Shown here piece after piece: positions 38,213 to 49,773 of a DNA stretch of 64,000 nt (its first letter is position 1; each line of letters begins with the position of its first letter). The DNA lies in assembly GCA_025451045.1 (NCBI GenBank), contig JANWLD010000001.1:273965-337964 (forward strand), given 5' to 3'. The translations under genes and the position numbers were made by a program. The notes beneath the pieces are model-generated. The model searched no databases and had not been told where the DNA came from. It saw only the letters and a list, made by a program, of their open reading frames with translations. The stretch comes from Candidatus Saccharimonadales bacterium (GTDB taxonomy: Bacteria; Patescibacteriota; Saccharimonadia; Saccharimonadales; 2-12-FULL-41-12).

Positions 38213-39257
38213 ATTCAACCATCGAAATGGGCTAAGTATGAACGACCGCAGAAGGGTAGTGATAACAATCGCCATACTCTTGGTAGTATTGGTGCTTGGA
38301 AGCGCATTCTTGGTTAGAAAGGCTTATCAAAGCAATCTCCAACCGCTTAGTTCGAGTAATGCTGGCATAGTCGTTACTATTAAGCCGGGCACAGCACCAC
38401 CCGAAATTGCTGAACTGCTGAAAAACAAAGGAGTTATCAAAAGCGATTGGGCGATGGAGTGGTATGTGCGCAATCATAATCTGCGTGACAAATTAAAAGC
38501 CGGTACCTATCTATTTCATCCGTCGCAATCTGTCCCGGAAATAGTTGAGCAGATAGCCGAGGGCAAAGTAGCTACTGATTTAGTTACGATTTTACCTGGC
38601 CGCCGACTAGAACAGATAAGAAATGATTTGATAAGAGCTGGTTTCAGTGCAAATAACGTAGACCAGGCGCTGGAAGCAAAGCAGTATGCTAACCATCCGG
38701 CACTGGCTGACAAACCCGAAAATGCCAGCCTGGAAGGCTATTTATACCCCGAAAGTTTTCAAAAGACTGCCGATACCGACGCTCGGCAGATAGTCAAACA
38801 ATCATTGGATGAAATGGCATTACATCTGACACCGGAAATCAGGGCGGCCTTTAATGCTCAGGGCTTGAATGTCCATGAAGGCGTAATACTGGCTTCAATC
38901 GTTGAACGGGAGGTAGCCAACGATACCGACCGTGCAACTGCCGCGCAGGTTTTCCTCAAAAGGCTAAAGATAGGCATGCCGCTCGGCTCGGACGTTACCG
39001 CGTTTTACGGAGCTATAATTGCCGGCCATGACCCTTCTGTCGGTTTTGACAGCCCCTACAATACCCGCATCCACAAAGGCTTGCCTAAAGGGCCCATCAG
39101 CAATGTATCTGACAGCTCGCTCAAGGCTGTTGCCTATCCGGCCAAGACCGATTGGCTGTACTTTGTTTCCGGTGATGACGGCCAAACTTACTTTTCCAAA
39201 ACGCTTGAGGAACACGAGGCCCAGACTCAAAAATATTGTAAAAAACTCTGCAATTAA
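38205..39257 (+). CDS. mltG: endolytic murein transglycosylase MltG (YceG family)
   Basis: There is an N-terminal TM helix. The YceG core reads GYLYPESF...GLPKGPISNVS. Confidence 0.85.
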   Translation: MAKFNHRNGLSMNDRRRVVITIAILLVVLVLGSAFLVRKAYQSNLQPLSSSNAGIVVTIKPGTAPPEIAELLKNKGVIKSDWAMEWYVRNHNLRDKLKAGTYLFHPSQSVPEIVEQIAEGKVATDLVTILPGRRLEQIRNDLIRAGFSANNVDQALEAKQYANHPALADKPENASLEGYLYPESFQKTADTDARQIVKQSLDEMALHLTPEIRAAFNAQGLNVHEGVILASIVEREVANDTDRATAAQVFLKRLKIGMPLGSDVTAFYGAIIAGHDPSVGFDSPYNTRIHKGLPKGPISNVSDSSLKAVAYPAKTDWLYFVSGDDGQTYFSKTLEEHEAQTQKYCKKLCN

Positions 39258-39563
39258 AAACTACTATACCTCTGTTACTAACTATAAAAAGTCCACAAAA
39301 AACATTGCGCCGCAATATTAAATTTGTTACACTTGCTGTTGCAGTTTTGGATGAAATAAAAATCTTAACACTTGTAAAAAATTCGTTTATCCATTAACTG
39401 TGCTTGCCCGCTAAAAGCTAAGTATAAAAAATCAAGACAGGTCGACTTTCTTGAAAACAATAATTAACCACAGCGGCCAAGATTCCAGGAGTAGTTTATT
39501 CGTAGCTCAATCGGTGTTGCCTCTGAGCGTTTTGTACAAAAACGAGGGGAAGCAACGCGTAAA

Positions 39564-40637
39564 ATGGCAAAATATACAGCCTTCAACCGTGTTTTCGGCT
39601 TATCGCGCAAGCGGCGTGTCAGAGTCACTATTTTAGCTATAAATATACTAATCTTTGCTGTAGTCGGCGCTTTGGTCATCACTAACTCTTCGGCTTCTTC
39701 GGATCAACCTAAGTTTTCCAGCTTAGCGGCAGGCGCTGATAATGAATTGTCCAATCCCTTAGACGAGCTTTCTTCAGCTGACATTGCTGTTAACGTTGCC
39801 CGTGCAACTAGTTTGCCCGAAGCCACTGCTGTGACCAACACTGCCGATTCCGAAAATGCCAGTTTGGCGATTGCTTCCACGGACGATAACGTGGTCAGTA
39901 AGCCGCAGGTGATTTCTGAAGGATTGGCCTCGAATAAAGACATTATTCGTTACACAGTAGAAAAAGACGATGACGTGAACAGTGTAGCCGCTAAATTTGG
40001 TATTACCTCACAGACTATCAAGCTCTCGAATAGTCTCGACAGTGATTCGCTAACGCCCGGTATGGAGCTACTTATAAGCCCGGTCAATGGATTGGTTTAC
40101 AGGGTCCAACCCGGCGATACGCCGTCTTCTGTCGCCCATAAATTCCACGCTAGCATAGACCAGGTTATCGCTTTTAATGATGCTGAACTTACAGGTAAAC
40201 TTAAGCCGGGAGATTTGATTGTTATACCTGACGGCAGCCAGCCTGCTGGTCCAAGGTTTAATTATGACGTAGCTACAGCTGCCGCCAGGTCCCGTAGTGG
40301 TCCTGTCTTTTCTTTCGGCGGCGGAGTTGGCTATCCTGAAGGCTGGTGTACTTATTATGCGGCCGCCAGAAGCGGCGCGCCCGGCGGCTGGGGTAATGCT
40401 GCTACTTGGTCATATTATGCAGCCCTTGATGGCTGGACAGTAAGCGGTGTGCCTAAGCGCGGAGCAATCGCTCAAACCTCAGCAAATCATGTAGGTATAG
40501 TAGAAGATGTGCGCAAGGTAGACGGCCAATGGCAGATTAAATACTCCGATATGAACGGAATAGCCGGTTTCAATAGAGTTGGCTATAGTGGTTGGGAGCC
40601 GGCACACAGCACCTTCCAAAACTTTATTTACCACTAG
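39564..40637 (+). CDS. peptidoglycan hydrolase with two LysM domains and a C-terminal CHAP domain
   Basis: YTVEKDDDVNSVAAKFGIT and YRVQPGDTPSSVAHKF are the two LysM domains. The C-terminal CHAP domain reads GYPEGWCTYYAA...HVGIVE. Confidence 0.8.
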   Translation: MAKYTAFNRVFGLSRKRRVRVTILAINILIFAVVGALVITNSSASSDQPKFSSLAAGADNELSNPLDELSSADIAVNVARATSLPEATAVTNTADSENASLAIASTDDNVVSKPQVISEGLASNKDIIRYTVEKDDDVNSVAAKFGITSQTIKLSNSLDSDSLTPGMELLISPVNGLVYRVQPGDTPSSVAHKFHASIDQVIAFNDAELTGKLKPGDLIVIPDGSQPAGPRFNYDVATAAARSRSGPVFSFGGGVGYPEGWCTYYAAARSGAPGGWGNAATWSYYAALDGWTVSGVPKRGAIAQTSANHVGIVEDVRKVDGQWQIKYSDMNGIAGFNRVGYSGWEPAHSTFQNFIYH

Positions 40638-40677
40638 ATTTTTCCTTAACTGTCTCTACGATTTATAATCTATATAG

Positions 40678-41949
40678 ATGTTTGTAGATAAAGTTAATGT
40701 ATCAATCAAAGCCGCCAAAGGCGGCGACGGCAAATTGAGCTTTCGCCACGAGAAATTCATAAACCGCGGCGGTCCGGACGGCGGTGACGGCGGCAAAGGC
40801 GGCGATATAATCGTTGTTGCCAGCAATAACCAAAACACCTTGGCAGATTTTCGCTACAAGAAACAAATAACTTCCGAACCGGGTGGTAGCGGTGAAAAGC
40901 GAAAACGTCATGGCAAAAATGGCAACAACTTGATAGTCAAACTGCCGGTTGGAACCATCATTTACGGCCCCAAAAACCAAATATTAGCCGATTTGGTAGC
41001 TGACGGCCAGCAAGAAGTCATTGCCAAAGGCGGCGATGGCGGTTTTGGCAATGCCCACTTTACCAGCAGTACCCGTCAAGCACCTCGGGTAGCCGAAAAG
41101 GGCGAACCGGGCGAAGAATTCGAAGCGATTTTCGAACTTAAGATGATAGCCGATATCGGTCTGGTCGGCTTGCCAAATGCCGGCAAATCGACTTTGCTGG
41201 GCGCAATTAGCAATGCCCACCCTGAAATCGCCAATTACCCTTTTACTACGCTTAGGCCCAATCTTGGAGTAGTAGATATCGACAAAACCCACAGCGTGCT
41301 GGTCGCTGATATACCGGGATTGATTGAAGGAGCCAGCAAGGGCAAGGGTCTGGGCGATGAATTTCTGCGCCATGTCGAGCGCACCAAATTGCTAATCCAT
41401 CTTATTGACGCCTATCAGGACGACATAACAGGCGCTTATAAGACTATCCAGCAGGAATTGGCCGATTATGTCATAAACCTCTCAAGACGGCCGCAAATCA
41501 TTGCTATTAACAAGATTGATGGGCTAGATGAAGATATAGTTAATGATGAGGTTCAAAAACTCAGAAAAGCCGCTGGGCAAAAAGCCAAAATTATGGCTAT
41601 TTCCGCCCAATCCGGCCAAGGTACCAAAGAACTTCTGCGTGAAGCCCAAAAAATGCTTGGCACTAAAAAGAAACAGGCAGAAAAAAACCGGTTCGAAAAG
41701 ATTCCAATTATTCGTCTTATCAAGACCGACGACAGCTGGAAGGTTACCAAGACCAAAGGAGTATTTTTAGTAAAGGGCAAAAAGATTGAGCGGTTTGCCC
41801 GCCGTACCGACTTTGATAATGAGGCCGGTATCCAGCGCCTGCGTGATATTATGCGCAAAATGGGCATTATGCATGAGCTGGAGCGTAAAAAAATCAAACC
41901 GGGCGATAAGATTTTCTTCTCAGGCGTTAATAATTACCTAACCTTTTAA
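40678..41949 (+). CDS. obg: GTPase Obg/CgtA
   Basis: The glycine-rich Obg fold reads GGDGGKGGDI. The G-domain motifs GLPNAGKST, DIPGLIEGAS and NKID are present, followed by a C-terminal OCT-like extension. Confidence 0.92.
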   Translation: MFVDKVNVSIKAAKGGDGKLSFRHEKFINRGGPDGGDGGKGGDIIVVASNNQNTLADFRYKKQITSEPGGSGEKRKRHGKNGNNLIVKLPVGTIIYGPKNQILADLVADGQQEVIAKGGDGGFGNAHFTSSTRQAPRVAEKGEPGEEFEAIFELKMIADIGLVGLPNAGKSTLLGAISNAHPEIANYPFTTLRPNLGVVDIDKTHSVLVADIPGLIEGASKGKGLGDEFLRHVERTKLLIHLIDAYQDDITGAYKTIQQELADYVINLSRRPQIIAINKIDGLDEDIVNDEVQKLRKAAGQKAKIMAISAQSGQGTKELLREAQKMLGTKKKQAEKNRFEKIPIIRLIKTDDSWKVTKTKGVFLVKGKKIERFARRTDFDNEAGIQRLRDIMRKMGIMHELERKKIKPGDKIFFSGVNNYLTF

Positions 41950-41968
41950 TGCTAAACTTGAGTTAACT

Positions 41969-43411
41969 ATGGTCGGGAGTTTGTTTTTTTATGATTTAGA
42001 AACCAGCGGCGTCAATCCGCGTGCCAGCCGCATCATGCAGTTCGCGGGGCAGCGCACAGATATGGATTTGCAGCCGGTAGGCAAACCAATAAATGTGCTT
42101 ATAAAACTTACCGAAGACATTCTGCCCGATCCGGACGCTATTTTAGTCCACGGTACGACACCGCAAAAGACTGTAGCCGAAGGTATAACCGAAGCAGAGT
42201 TCGTCAATCTGTTTAATAGCGAAATATTACAGCCCGGCACCATATTCACCGGCTTTAATAACATTCGCTTCGACGACGAGTTTATGCGTTTCTTGTTCTA
42301 TCGCAACTTTAATGATGCATACGAATGGCAATGGCGCGATGGTTGCAGCCGCTGGGACTTGCTTGATGTGACCCGGATGACTCGAGCATTACGGCCGGAT
42401 GGCGTTAAATGGCCGTTCGCACCAGACGGCAAGCCGTCTAACCGGCTGGAACTGCTTTCAAGCATAAATAAATTAGATCATTCCAATGCCCACGATGCGC
42501 TTAGTGATGTCAACGCAACTATTGCTCTCGCTAAGCTTATAAAAGACAAACAGCCGAAACTATTTGACTATTTATTGAACCTGCGCAGCAAAAAGGCTGT
42601 CCAAGAACTGGTAGACAAACAAGAGATGTTTATTTATTCCAGCGGCAAATACCCGGCAGAGTTTGAAAAGACTGCAGTAACTGCCAAGATTTGCCCCCAT
42701 CCGGACAAAAACGGCGTGCTGGTCTATGATTTGCGCCACAACCCTAAAGAATTCATCAATCTTTCCGCGGAGCAGCTAGTCGAGAAATGGAAATGGAAAA
42801 AAGACAGCGACGAGCCCAGACTACCTGTTAAATCACTGCAATATAATCGTTGTCCGGCAATCGCCCCTTTAAGTGTGCTGGATGATAAAACCAAAAAACG
42901 GTTAGATATCAACTTTGAAAAAACGACCGAGCATTTAAAAACCTTGAAATCTTCAGACAGCTTTAACAAAAATTTGTTAAAAGCCATAGGAATTATTAAT
43001 GCCGAGCGCAACCAGCAAGTAGAATTAGTCGATACATCTGTTGACATTGATTCAAGGCTGTATGATGGATTTATACCGGATGCGGATAAAAACCTCTCGG
43101 CCAAACTCCGATCAGCCAAACCCGAACAGATCAGCACTTTCAAAGAAAAATTTTCCGATAAGCGCTTGAAAAACCTGATTTTGCTGTATAAAGCCCGCAA
43201 TTTTTCTAAATTTTTGTCAGACGAAGAACGCAGTCAGTGGGAAGATTACCGAAAGACCGCGCTTGTCGGCGGCAAAGAAGCCAGCCGGTTAAGCAAATTC
43301 GCAGAAAGACTCAAAGAACTATCTGAAAGATCGGATCTGCGCAAAGACCAGAAGTATCTACTTGAGGAACTTCAGCTTTGGGCCGAGAACATCGTCCCGG
43401 TAGTGGACTAG
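41969..43411 (+). CDS. sbcB: exodeoxyribonuclease I
   Basis: The translation begins FYDLETSG and carries NAHDALSDVNATIALAKLIKDKQPKLFDYL. These nearly match the E. coli ExoI motifs. Confidence 0.85.
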   Translation: MVGSLFFYDLETSGVNPRASRIMQFAGQRTDMDLQPVGKPINVLIKLTEDILPDPDAILVHGTTPQKTVAEGITEAEFVNLFNSEILQPGTIFTGFNNIRFDDEFMRFLFYRNFNDAYEWQWRDGCSRWDLLDVTRMTRALRPDGVKWPFAPDGKPSNRLELLSSINKLDHSNAHDALSDVNATIALAKLIKDKQPKLFDYLLNLRSKKAVQELVDKQEMFIYSSGKYPAEFEKTAVTAKICPHPDKNGVLVYDLRHNPKEFINLSAEQLVEKWKWKKDSDEPRLPVKSLQYNRCPAIAPLSVLDDKTKKRLDINFEKTTEHLKTLKSSDSFNKNLLKAIGIINAERNQQVELVDTSVDIDSRLYDGFIPDADKNLSAKLRSAKPEQISTFKEKFSDKRLKNLILLYKARNFSKFLSDEERSQWEDYRKTALVGGKEASRLSKFAERLKELSERSDLRKDQKYLLEELQLWAENIVPVVD

Positions 43412-43714
43412 TTTTTTTTGAAGCTTTTTGAAGTTCTGGCTAAACCGCAATTTCTTGTCAATCGCCTTTAGCTTTTTTGGATGGTATTTCTTAAATATGT
43501 AGAAGGTAAGCGCTAGGTCAAATAAGACGAGATATCCTACAAAGCCTATTTCTAGGTTAGTGCCGGGGATTTGTCCCAAAACTATATAGTCCATCATCTT
43601 AATGTCACCAAACTTACATAAAGTAAAGTGATTATACTTGAGAATTGCTAAAAAGTCAACATATTTGTAATATAATACTTCTTAAGTTAAAAGTTATTGT
43701 GCTATATTTAGCTT

Positions 43715-43960
43715 ATGGCTAAGAAAAACAAAAAACCTAAAGTCAGGCCAGGGGCTTGGTTTGTACCTGTTCGCGGCAGTTATTTGCCTGCCAGTCCAAT
43801 GGGCTGGTGGACCTATGTACCATTCGTGGGCTACCTAATTTTTAGTTTGGTATTTGGAATTAACGAAACATCATCAAAGTATGTAGCTGTTTTATTCATT
43901 GCGGCTAACTGGCTATTCGCAACTGTGCTAATGACCTATGTAGCTGCTAAAAAAAGCTGA
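43715..43960 (+). CDS. small hypothetical membrane protein (81 aa)
   Basis: Two hydrophobic helices are predicted. The ribosome-binding site is weak. Confidence 0.3.
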   Translation: MAKKNKKPKVRPGAWFVPVRGSYLPASPMGWWTYVPFVGYLIFSLVFGINETSSKYVAVLFIAANWLFATVLMTYVAAKKS

Positions 43961-44040
43961 CAGTCGCTATTAATTGCTCATAAACACTGGAAAAAGTCGG
44001 GAAAATACTCTATAATATTCGCCCTATAGAAAGAGGGCGA

Positions 44041-46851
44041 ATGGATTTTATTTCGGTTAAAGGTGCTCGTGAACATAATTTAAAAGACATTAGTGTTGAT
44101 ATACCTAGAAATAAGCTGATTGTCATCACCGGACTTTCCGGTTCGGGCAAGTCCAGCTTGGCGTTTGATACCATATACGCCGAAGGCCAGCGCCGTTATG
44201 TAGAAAGCCTGAGTGCCTACGCCCGGCAGTTCCTCGGCCTGATGGAAAAACCGGATGTCGACCAGATAGACGGGCTTAGCCCAGCCATATCAATCGACCA
44301 AAAATCAACCAGCCGCAATCCGCGCAGTACGGTCGCTACGGTTACCGAAATCTATGACTATCTGCGCTTGCTTTATGCCCGCATTGGCGTGCCGCACTGT
44401 CCGATTTGCGGCAAAACAGTTACGCGGCAAACCCCGACGATGATTGTCGACAAAGTTACAGACGGTTTGCCGCAAAAAGCCAGATTATTAATTATGGCGC
44501 CAATTGTCATGGACAAAAAAGGCCAGTTCGAACATATTCCGGAGCAGTTCCAGAGCCGCGGCTTTGTCCGCGCCAGAGTAGACGGGGTCGTTTATGCGTT
44601 GGATGAATGGCCGGAGCTAGACAAAAACTATAAGCACAACATCGAAATAGTCGTCGATAGGATAGTTAATGACGATGACAGCAAGGGCCGGTTGACCCAA
44701 AGTATAGAACAAGCGCTGGATATAGCCGACGGACGGCTTGTGGTTGCTGACGCTGATAATAAAAAAGAACACAAATACAGCCTAATGTACGCATGTATCG
44801 ACCATCCGGAGGTCAATATTCCGGAACTGGAGCCGCGTACCTTCAGCTTTAACAGCCCTCACGGCGCCTGTCCGGTCTGTACCGGTTTGGGCAATCGGCT
44901 GGAAGTCGACCCTGATTTGGTCATTCCCAATGGACGATTGACCATTGCCGAGGGTGCAATCCGCCCATTCAACCGAGTGACTTCCGATGCTTGGTACATG
45001 AAGAAAATGCAAGCGGTGGCTGACCGCTACGGCTTTTCACTGCATGTGCCGACCGGACAGCTCAAAAAAGAAGATTTGGACAAAATACTCTATGGTACCG
45101 GCAGTGAAACTTATAACGTCAAACTCGGCGTTGGCCGGCATTTTGATACGACTTATGAGGGCGTGATTCCAAATCTGGAACGGCGGCATAAAGAAACAGA
45201 AAGTGACTTTATGCGCCGCGATATAGAACGGTTCATGCAAGAGCGGCCTTGCCACGAATGCCACGGCCGTAGACTGAAACCGGAAGTGCTGGCCATAACC
45301 GTCCATGGCAAGAACATCATGGATGTCAGCGAGCAGTCTATTGATGAAGCTTTTAACTTTTTTAATGATTTAAAACTTAATGAAATCGAACTAAAGATAG
45401 CCAACCAAATATTTAAAGAAATCAAAGCCCGGCTGAAATTCTTACAAGACGTTGGGCTGAATTATCTAAGCTTGACGCGCAGCGCGGTCAGTCTTTCCGG
45501 CGGCGAGGCACAGCGCATACGCTTGGCAACGCAAATCGGCAGTGGCCTGCAAGGCGTACTATATGTTTTAGATGAGCCGAGCATCGGCTTGCACCAGCGT
45601 GATAATAAACGGCTCATTGATACGCTTTCCCATCTGCGCGACATTGGCAATACGGTTATTGTTGTCGAGCACGATGAAGAAACTATCCGTACGGCCGATC
45701 ATGTTCTCGATATCGGCCCGGGCGCCGGAGTGCATGGCGGCAAGGTCGTTGCCGAAGGCACGCCCGCAAACGTGACTAAGAATAAAAACAGCGTTACTGG
45801 CCAATATCTGAGCGGTACCAAAAAGATAGCGATACCTAAAAAACGCCGTAGTAGCAACGGTAACGAGCTGATAGTTGTAGGAGCGGAAGAAAACAATCTG
45901 AAAAACTTATCCGTTAAAATTCCGCTAGGCCAGTTGGTAGTGGTAACGGGAGTTTCCGGTTCCGGCAAATCCAGCCTTATAAACGATATCTTGGCAAAGG
46001 AATTGCAGGCCAGACTAATGAGAGCCCAAACTGTCCCCGGCAAACATGATGAAATCAAAGGGATTGATAATCTGGACAAGGTAATCGTAATTGACCAATC
46101 GCCGATTGGCCGGACGCCCCGGTCTAACCCGGCTACTTATACCGGTTTATTCACTCCGATTCGAGATCTATTTGCCGGATTGCCGGAAGCCAAACTACGC
46201 GGTTATTCAGCTGGGCGGTTTAGCTTCAATGTACGCGGCGGACGCTGTGAGAATTGCGCCGGCGACGGAATAATCAAGATAGAGATGCACTTTTTACCCG
46301 ATGTATATGTTCCTTGCGAGGAATGCAAAGGGAAACGCTATAACCGCGAAGCACTGGAGATACAATATAAAGGTAAAAGCATCAGCGATGTTTTAAGTAT
46401 GACCTGTGAAACGGCGCTGGAATTCTTTGCCAATATCCCAGGCGTGGCTAGAAAACTACAAACGTTGGTTGATGTAGGGCTTGGCTATATAACGCTAGGC
46501 CAATCAGCAACAACCCTTTCCGGCGGTGAAGCCCAGCGTATCAAGCTGGCAACCGAATTATCCCGCCGCCCAACCGGCCGTACGCTTTATATCCTTGACG
46601 AGCCGACCACCGGTCTGCATATGGCTGACGTGGATAAATTGCTTCATGTGCTAGGGGCGCTGGTTGATACCGGCAATAGCATGATAGTTATCGAGCATAA
46701 TCTCGACGTTATAAAATCTGCCGACCATATAATTGACCTGGGGCCGGAAGGCGGCGATGCCGGGGGCAAAATCATAGCGGAAGGCACGCCTGAACAAGTC
46801 GCCAACAATAGGACCAGTTATACTGGACAATTTCTAGCTCATATTATATAA
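44041..46851 (+). CDS. uvrA: excinuclease ABC subunit A
   Basis: Two ABC modules are present ([10 protein letters not shown] and [10 protein letters not shown]). The zinc fingers are CPICG and CPVCTG. Confidence 0.95.
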   Translation: MDFISVKGAREHNLKDISVDIPRNKLIVITGLSGSGKSSLAFDTIYAEGQRRYVESLSAYARQFLGLMEKPDVDQIDGLSPAISIDQKSTSRNPRSTVATVTEIYDYLRLLYARIGVPHCPICGKTVTRQTPTMIVDKVTDGLPQKARLLIMAPIVMDKKGQFEHIPEQFQSRGFVRARVDGVVYALDEWPELDKNYKHNIEIVVDRIVNDDDSKGRLTQSIEQALDIADGRLVVADADNKKEHKYSLMYACIDHPEVNIPELEPRTFSFNSPHGACPVCTGLGNRLEVDPDLVIPNGRLTIAEGAIRPFNRVTSDAWYMKKMQAVADRYGFSLHVPTGQLKKEDLDKILYGTGSETYNVKLGVGRHFDTTYEGVIPNLERRHKETESDFMRRDIERFMQERPCHECHGRRLKPEVLAITVHGKNIMDVSEQSIDEAFNFFNDLKLNEIELKIANQIFKEIKARLKFLQDVGLNYLSLTRSAVSLSGGEAQRIRLATQIGSGLQGVLYVLDEPSIGLHQRDNKRLIDTLSHLRDIGNTVIVVEHDEETIRTADHVLDIGPGAGVHGGKVVAEGTPANVTKNKNSVTGQYLSGTKKIAIPKKRRSSNGNELIVVGAEENNLKNLSVKIPLGQLVVVTGVSGSGKSSLINDILAKELQARLMRAQTVPGKHDEIKGIDNLDKVIVIDQSPIGRTPRSNPATYTGLFTPIRDLFAGLPEAKLRGYSAGRFSFNVRGGRCENCAGDGIIKIEMHFLPDVYVPCEECKGKRYNREALEIQYKGKSISDVLSMTCETALEFFANIPGVARKLQTLVDVGLGYITLGQSATTLSGGEAQRIKLATELSRRPTGRTLYILDEPTTGLHMADVDKLLHVLGALVDTGNSMIVIEHNLDVIKSADHIIDLGPEGGDAGGKIIAEGTPEQVANNRTSYTGQFLAHII

Positions 46852-46860
46852 TAATAAATT

Positions 46861-47349
46861 ATGCCTGCTACTAATTTATCCCCTGAAGAACTAGAGGCAG
46901 AATTACTTTCCATGCCTTTAGCTGATGTCCTTGAAGCGCTTGACTCACATCTGGCAGACTCACTTAAAGAACTTGACGGGGCTTATTCCGAAAAACCGGC
47001 TGATTTTCCCAGAAAAATAAAGGCACTTGGACGGGTAGGCATGTTCAGCTTTGCCAAGTCCGTTTTAGAAGGTGACGAAAAAACTAATATAATGCATCCA
47101 GCGTGGTATAACCAGGGTGCCAAGGAGATTTTAGACTATATCCATAAAGACCCTAAAAATCGCCAGCATCTTTTAGGCGCTGATTTCTTTAGCGAAGACC
47201 CGAAAGATAGTCGACGCTTGGCCCGACTTGTGTTTGTAGGCATTGAATCGCGGGTCAGATGCCTACCCGAGAGCGACCAGGCTTTAGCTGTCGAAATTGC
47301 CATGGATCCTGAAGGTATATTCGATCCTACAAATCTGCAGTCTAATTAA
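46861..47349 (+). CDS. hypothetical protein
   Basis: This is a 162 aa ORF with no motif. Confidence 0.45.
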   Translation: MPATNLSPEELEAELLSMPLADVLEALDSHLADSLKELDGAYSEKPADFPRKIKALGRVGMFSFAKSVLEGDEKTNIMHPAWYNQGAKEILDYIHKDPKNRQHLLGADFFSEDPKDSRRLARLVFVGIESRVRCLPESDQALAVEIAMDPEGIFDPTNLQSN

Positions 47350-47976
47350 TTATTTAAGTTTTAACTTAGCTTTTAATTTAATGCGGGCCTTCGGATCTTT
47401 GACGATATGATAAACGGTCGGGCTGAAAGTTAAAAAAGTAGCCAGCAAGATCAAGGGCAGGATGTATCTATCGATATTTGGTATCTGCTTGCCAAAGTAA
47501 TAGCCCAAAAGCGTTACGCAGACTGCCCAGATGCCACTACCTAAGATGTTATAAAACATGAATTTTGCCTGGTTCATTTTGCCGATACCCGCCACCACTG
47601 GAGCAAAAGTACGGATTATAGGTATGAATCTGGCCAGTAAAATCGTCTTACCTCCATGTTTTTCATAGAATTCTTCACTTTTGATAACATATTCTTTTCG
47701 AAATATCAGGCCGTCCTTTTTAGTAAATAGCCTTGGTCCGACCTTGCGGCCGATAAAGTAGCCGCAATAACCGCCTAAAATAGCGGAAACGACTATCACT
47801 AATAACAGAGTTGCAATATTAAACTCTCCGGCAGCCGCCAGTATCCCGGCAGCCAAAAGGAGCGTATCACCGGGGAAGAAAAAGCCAAATAACAAACCGC
47901 TTTCAGCAAATACCATAAAAGCTATTAGCACGAGTCCGCCGCTTGAGATTATTTCATTCGGGTCTAAAAAAGACAT
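47350..47976 (-). CDS. DedA-family membrane protein
   Basis: The DedA signature GxxxLxxAGxxAAxG and FxxGxR-like motifs are present, with multi-pass TM helices. Confidence 0.8.
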   Translation of the reverse strand: MSFLDPNEIISSGGLVLIAFMVFAESGLLFGFFFPGDTLLLAAGILAAAGEFNIATLLLVIVVSAILGGYCGYFIGRKVGPRLFTKKDGLIFRKEYVIKSEEFYEKHGGKTILLARFIPIIRTFAPVVAGIGKMNQAKFMFYNILGSGIWAVCVTLLGYYFGKQIPNIDRYILPLILLATFLTFSPTVYHIVKDPKARIKLKAKLKLK

Positions 47977-48056
47977 TAACCCTGATTATAACAGTTATTA
48001 ACAGGTGTGAAATTAAAATATTTATGATATAATCGTATGAAACGAAAGGTTAATTA

Positions 48057-48776
48057 ATGTCCGAAGATATTCTTCTAAGCGCCCAAAAACGGGATGTGCT
48101 TGGAAAACAAGTTAAAAAACTGCGAAATGAAGGCCATACACCGGCTGTAATCCATGAGCGCGGCAAAGACTCCGTTCATGTATCGGTTCCGGCTCTGGAG
48201 TTTAAAAAGGCTTTTGGCTCAGCAGGAAAGCACCATGCTATCAAACTGGATGTCGGCGGCAAAAAATATACCACCATTATCAAAGAAGTCGTTAATGCTC
48301 CGGCCAGCAGTACTATCCAGCATGCTGTCTTTCAAGCGATAAAGGAAGATGAAAAGGTAACAACACAGGTTCCGTTGAAGCTGGTCGGCGAGATTCCCGC
48401 CGAGAGGGCCAGCCTGCTGGTACTTAAAAACCTCGACCATATAACAATTGAAGCATTGCCGAAAGATTTGATTGATATTGTTGAAGTTGATGCTACGCAA
48501 CTGGCTGAAGTCGGTAACAAGCTGCATATTTCCGACATCAACTTGCCAAGTACCATTACAATCAAAGACGATCCGGAACACGTCATTGCTACGGTTGAAA
48601 TGCCGAAAGACCAGATTGCCGAAGCTGACGCGGCGCTTGAAGAGCAAAAAGCCCAAGAAGGCATAACTGAAGAAGCCGAAGCAGCTGAAGGCGAAGGCGC
48701 GGAGGGCGAGGCACCTGCCGGTGAAGAGCCAGCCAAGTCTGACGAAGCCAAACCAGCCGAAGAACCCAAAGAATAA
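48057..48776 (+). CDS. rplY: 50S ribosomal protein L25 / general stress protein Ctc (long form with acidic C-terminal tail)
   Basis: The N-terminal L25 fold reads KRDVLGKQVKKLR..GHTPAVIH. The C-terminal extension is Glu/Ala-rich. Confidence 0.8.
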   Translation: MSEDILLSAQKRDVLGKQVKKLRNEGHTPAVIHERGKDSVHVSVPALEFKKAFGSAGKHHAIKLDVGGKKYTTIIKEVVNAPASSTIQHAVFQAIKEDEKVTTQVPLKLVGEIPAERASLLVLKNLDHITIEALPKDLIDIVEVDATQLAEVGNKLHISDINLPSTITIKDDPEHVIATVEMPKDQIAEADAALEEQKAQEGITEEAEAAEGEGAEGEAPAGEEPAKSDEAKPAEEPKE

Positions 48777-48840
48777 GCTTAACCTCTGTAAGATTCATTG
48801 ACAAATTAGCATATTTAAGTTATTGTAATCACTCTAAATT

Positions 48841-49773
48841 ATGCCTGTAGATAGCTTTGATAATAATCCTGAGAAACGCGGTTTGCTACTTAACGTAGAG
48901 ATCGATAGATTTGACGAAGTAGCTCAGGCTATCGGAAGTTTGAGTAAAGAACAAGGGATAGATGTCGAAATGATTGGAGTACCGGCATCCCAATCCAATT
49001 ATCGAGTTTCCGCTCTTAGAACTTTTCAAGAGGGTTGGAAAAAAGCCGAGATTAAACCTCAGCATTTTACTTGGGCTGTAGACCCGCGTACAGGCGAAAA
49101 TATAGCCGTAATCACTCGGGATAATATTGATTCGTTTGATGATGGCAGTGATGATTTGCCTAAGAGTAAACATTCCCGCAGGACCAGGTTTTTTAACAGT
49201 GTGACCCACCGTTCTATCAGTAATATCGATATGGATGATGGCGGCTACATAGTTTTAGCCACACCGGAGCACAAAGACCTTGCTGAACCGTCGATCAGGG
49301 TCATAAGGTCCCTGGAACTTTTGAGAAAACTACAACTAGGCCAAATCAGCGAAGAAAAACCCAACGGTACTGTAGGCCTGCAAGGATTGGGTGAGGTTGG
49401 CATAGAATTTTTTGAAAAGTATTGCACGACGCTTTTCCCTAGGGTTGATATCGCCCAAGCCACACAAGAATTAGACACTGAAAGAACTCGAGGCTTAATT
49501 AGAAACTCAAAAAGACGATTAAAGACATGGGGCTGGGTAGGCAGACAAGCTGCGGGCGCCGTCTTTTTTGGCAAGGATGCGGCCAAAGGCGCCGGAATAG
49601 GTGAAGATCAATCAAAAGTCGGTAAATTAGAGGAAGTCGGCCTCATCTCGAGGATGCCGCAATATCCGTCTACGAGAGTAAGTAAAGATATGAATTATTA
49701 TGGAGTGCCATTTGTAAAATTGCATGACGACAGGTGGTCGGTTATAAACAGCCTAGTCGCGGAGCAGGTCTAA
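48841..49773 (+). CDS. hypothetical protein
   Basis: This is a 310 aa ORF with no motif. Confidence 0.45.
   Translation: MPVDSFDNNPEKRGLLLNVEIDRFDEVAQAIGSLSKEQGIDVEMIGVPASQSNYRVSALRTFQEGWKKAEIKPQHFTWAVDPRTGENIAVITRDNIDSFDDGSDDLPKSKHSRRTRFFNSVTHRSISNIDMDDGGYIVLATPEHKDLAEPSIRVIRSLELLRKLQLGQISEEKPNGTVGLQGLGEVGIEFFEKYCTTLFPRVDIAQATQELDTERTRGLIRNSKRRLKTWGWVGRQAAGAVFFGKDAAKGAGIGEDQSKVGKLEEVGLISRMPQYPSTRVSKDMNYYGVPFVKLHDDRWSVINSLVAEQV

Noticed and set aside
39258-39563. Possible riboswitch (for example the c-di-AMP/ydaO class) in the 300-nt leader upstream of the LysM-CHAP hydrolase gene
   Set aside because: Cell-wall hydrolase genes often carry such leaders. I could not recognise the conserved ydaO segments by eye. 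Only a weak GCUCA...UGAGC hairpin followed by a short U-run is visible. This needs a covariance-model scan before any claim.
43358-43597. 79-aa minus-strand ORF overlapping the 3' end of sbcB and the following intergenic region
   Set aside because: Part of it is antisense to the sbcB coding sequence and its ribosome-binding site is weak. It has one hydrophobic stretch, so it could be a small membrane protein, but the support is insufficient.
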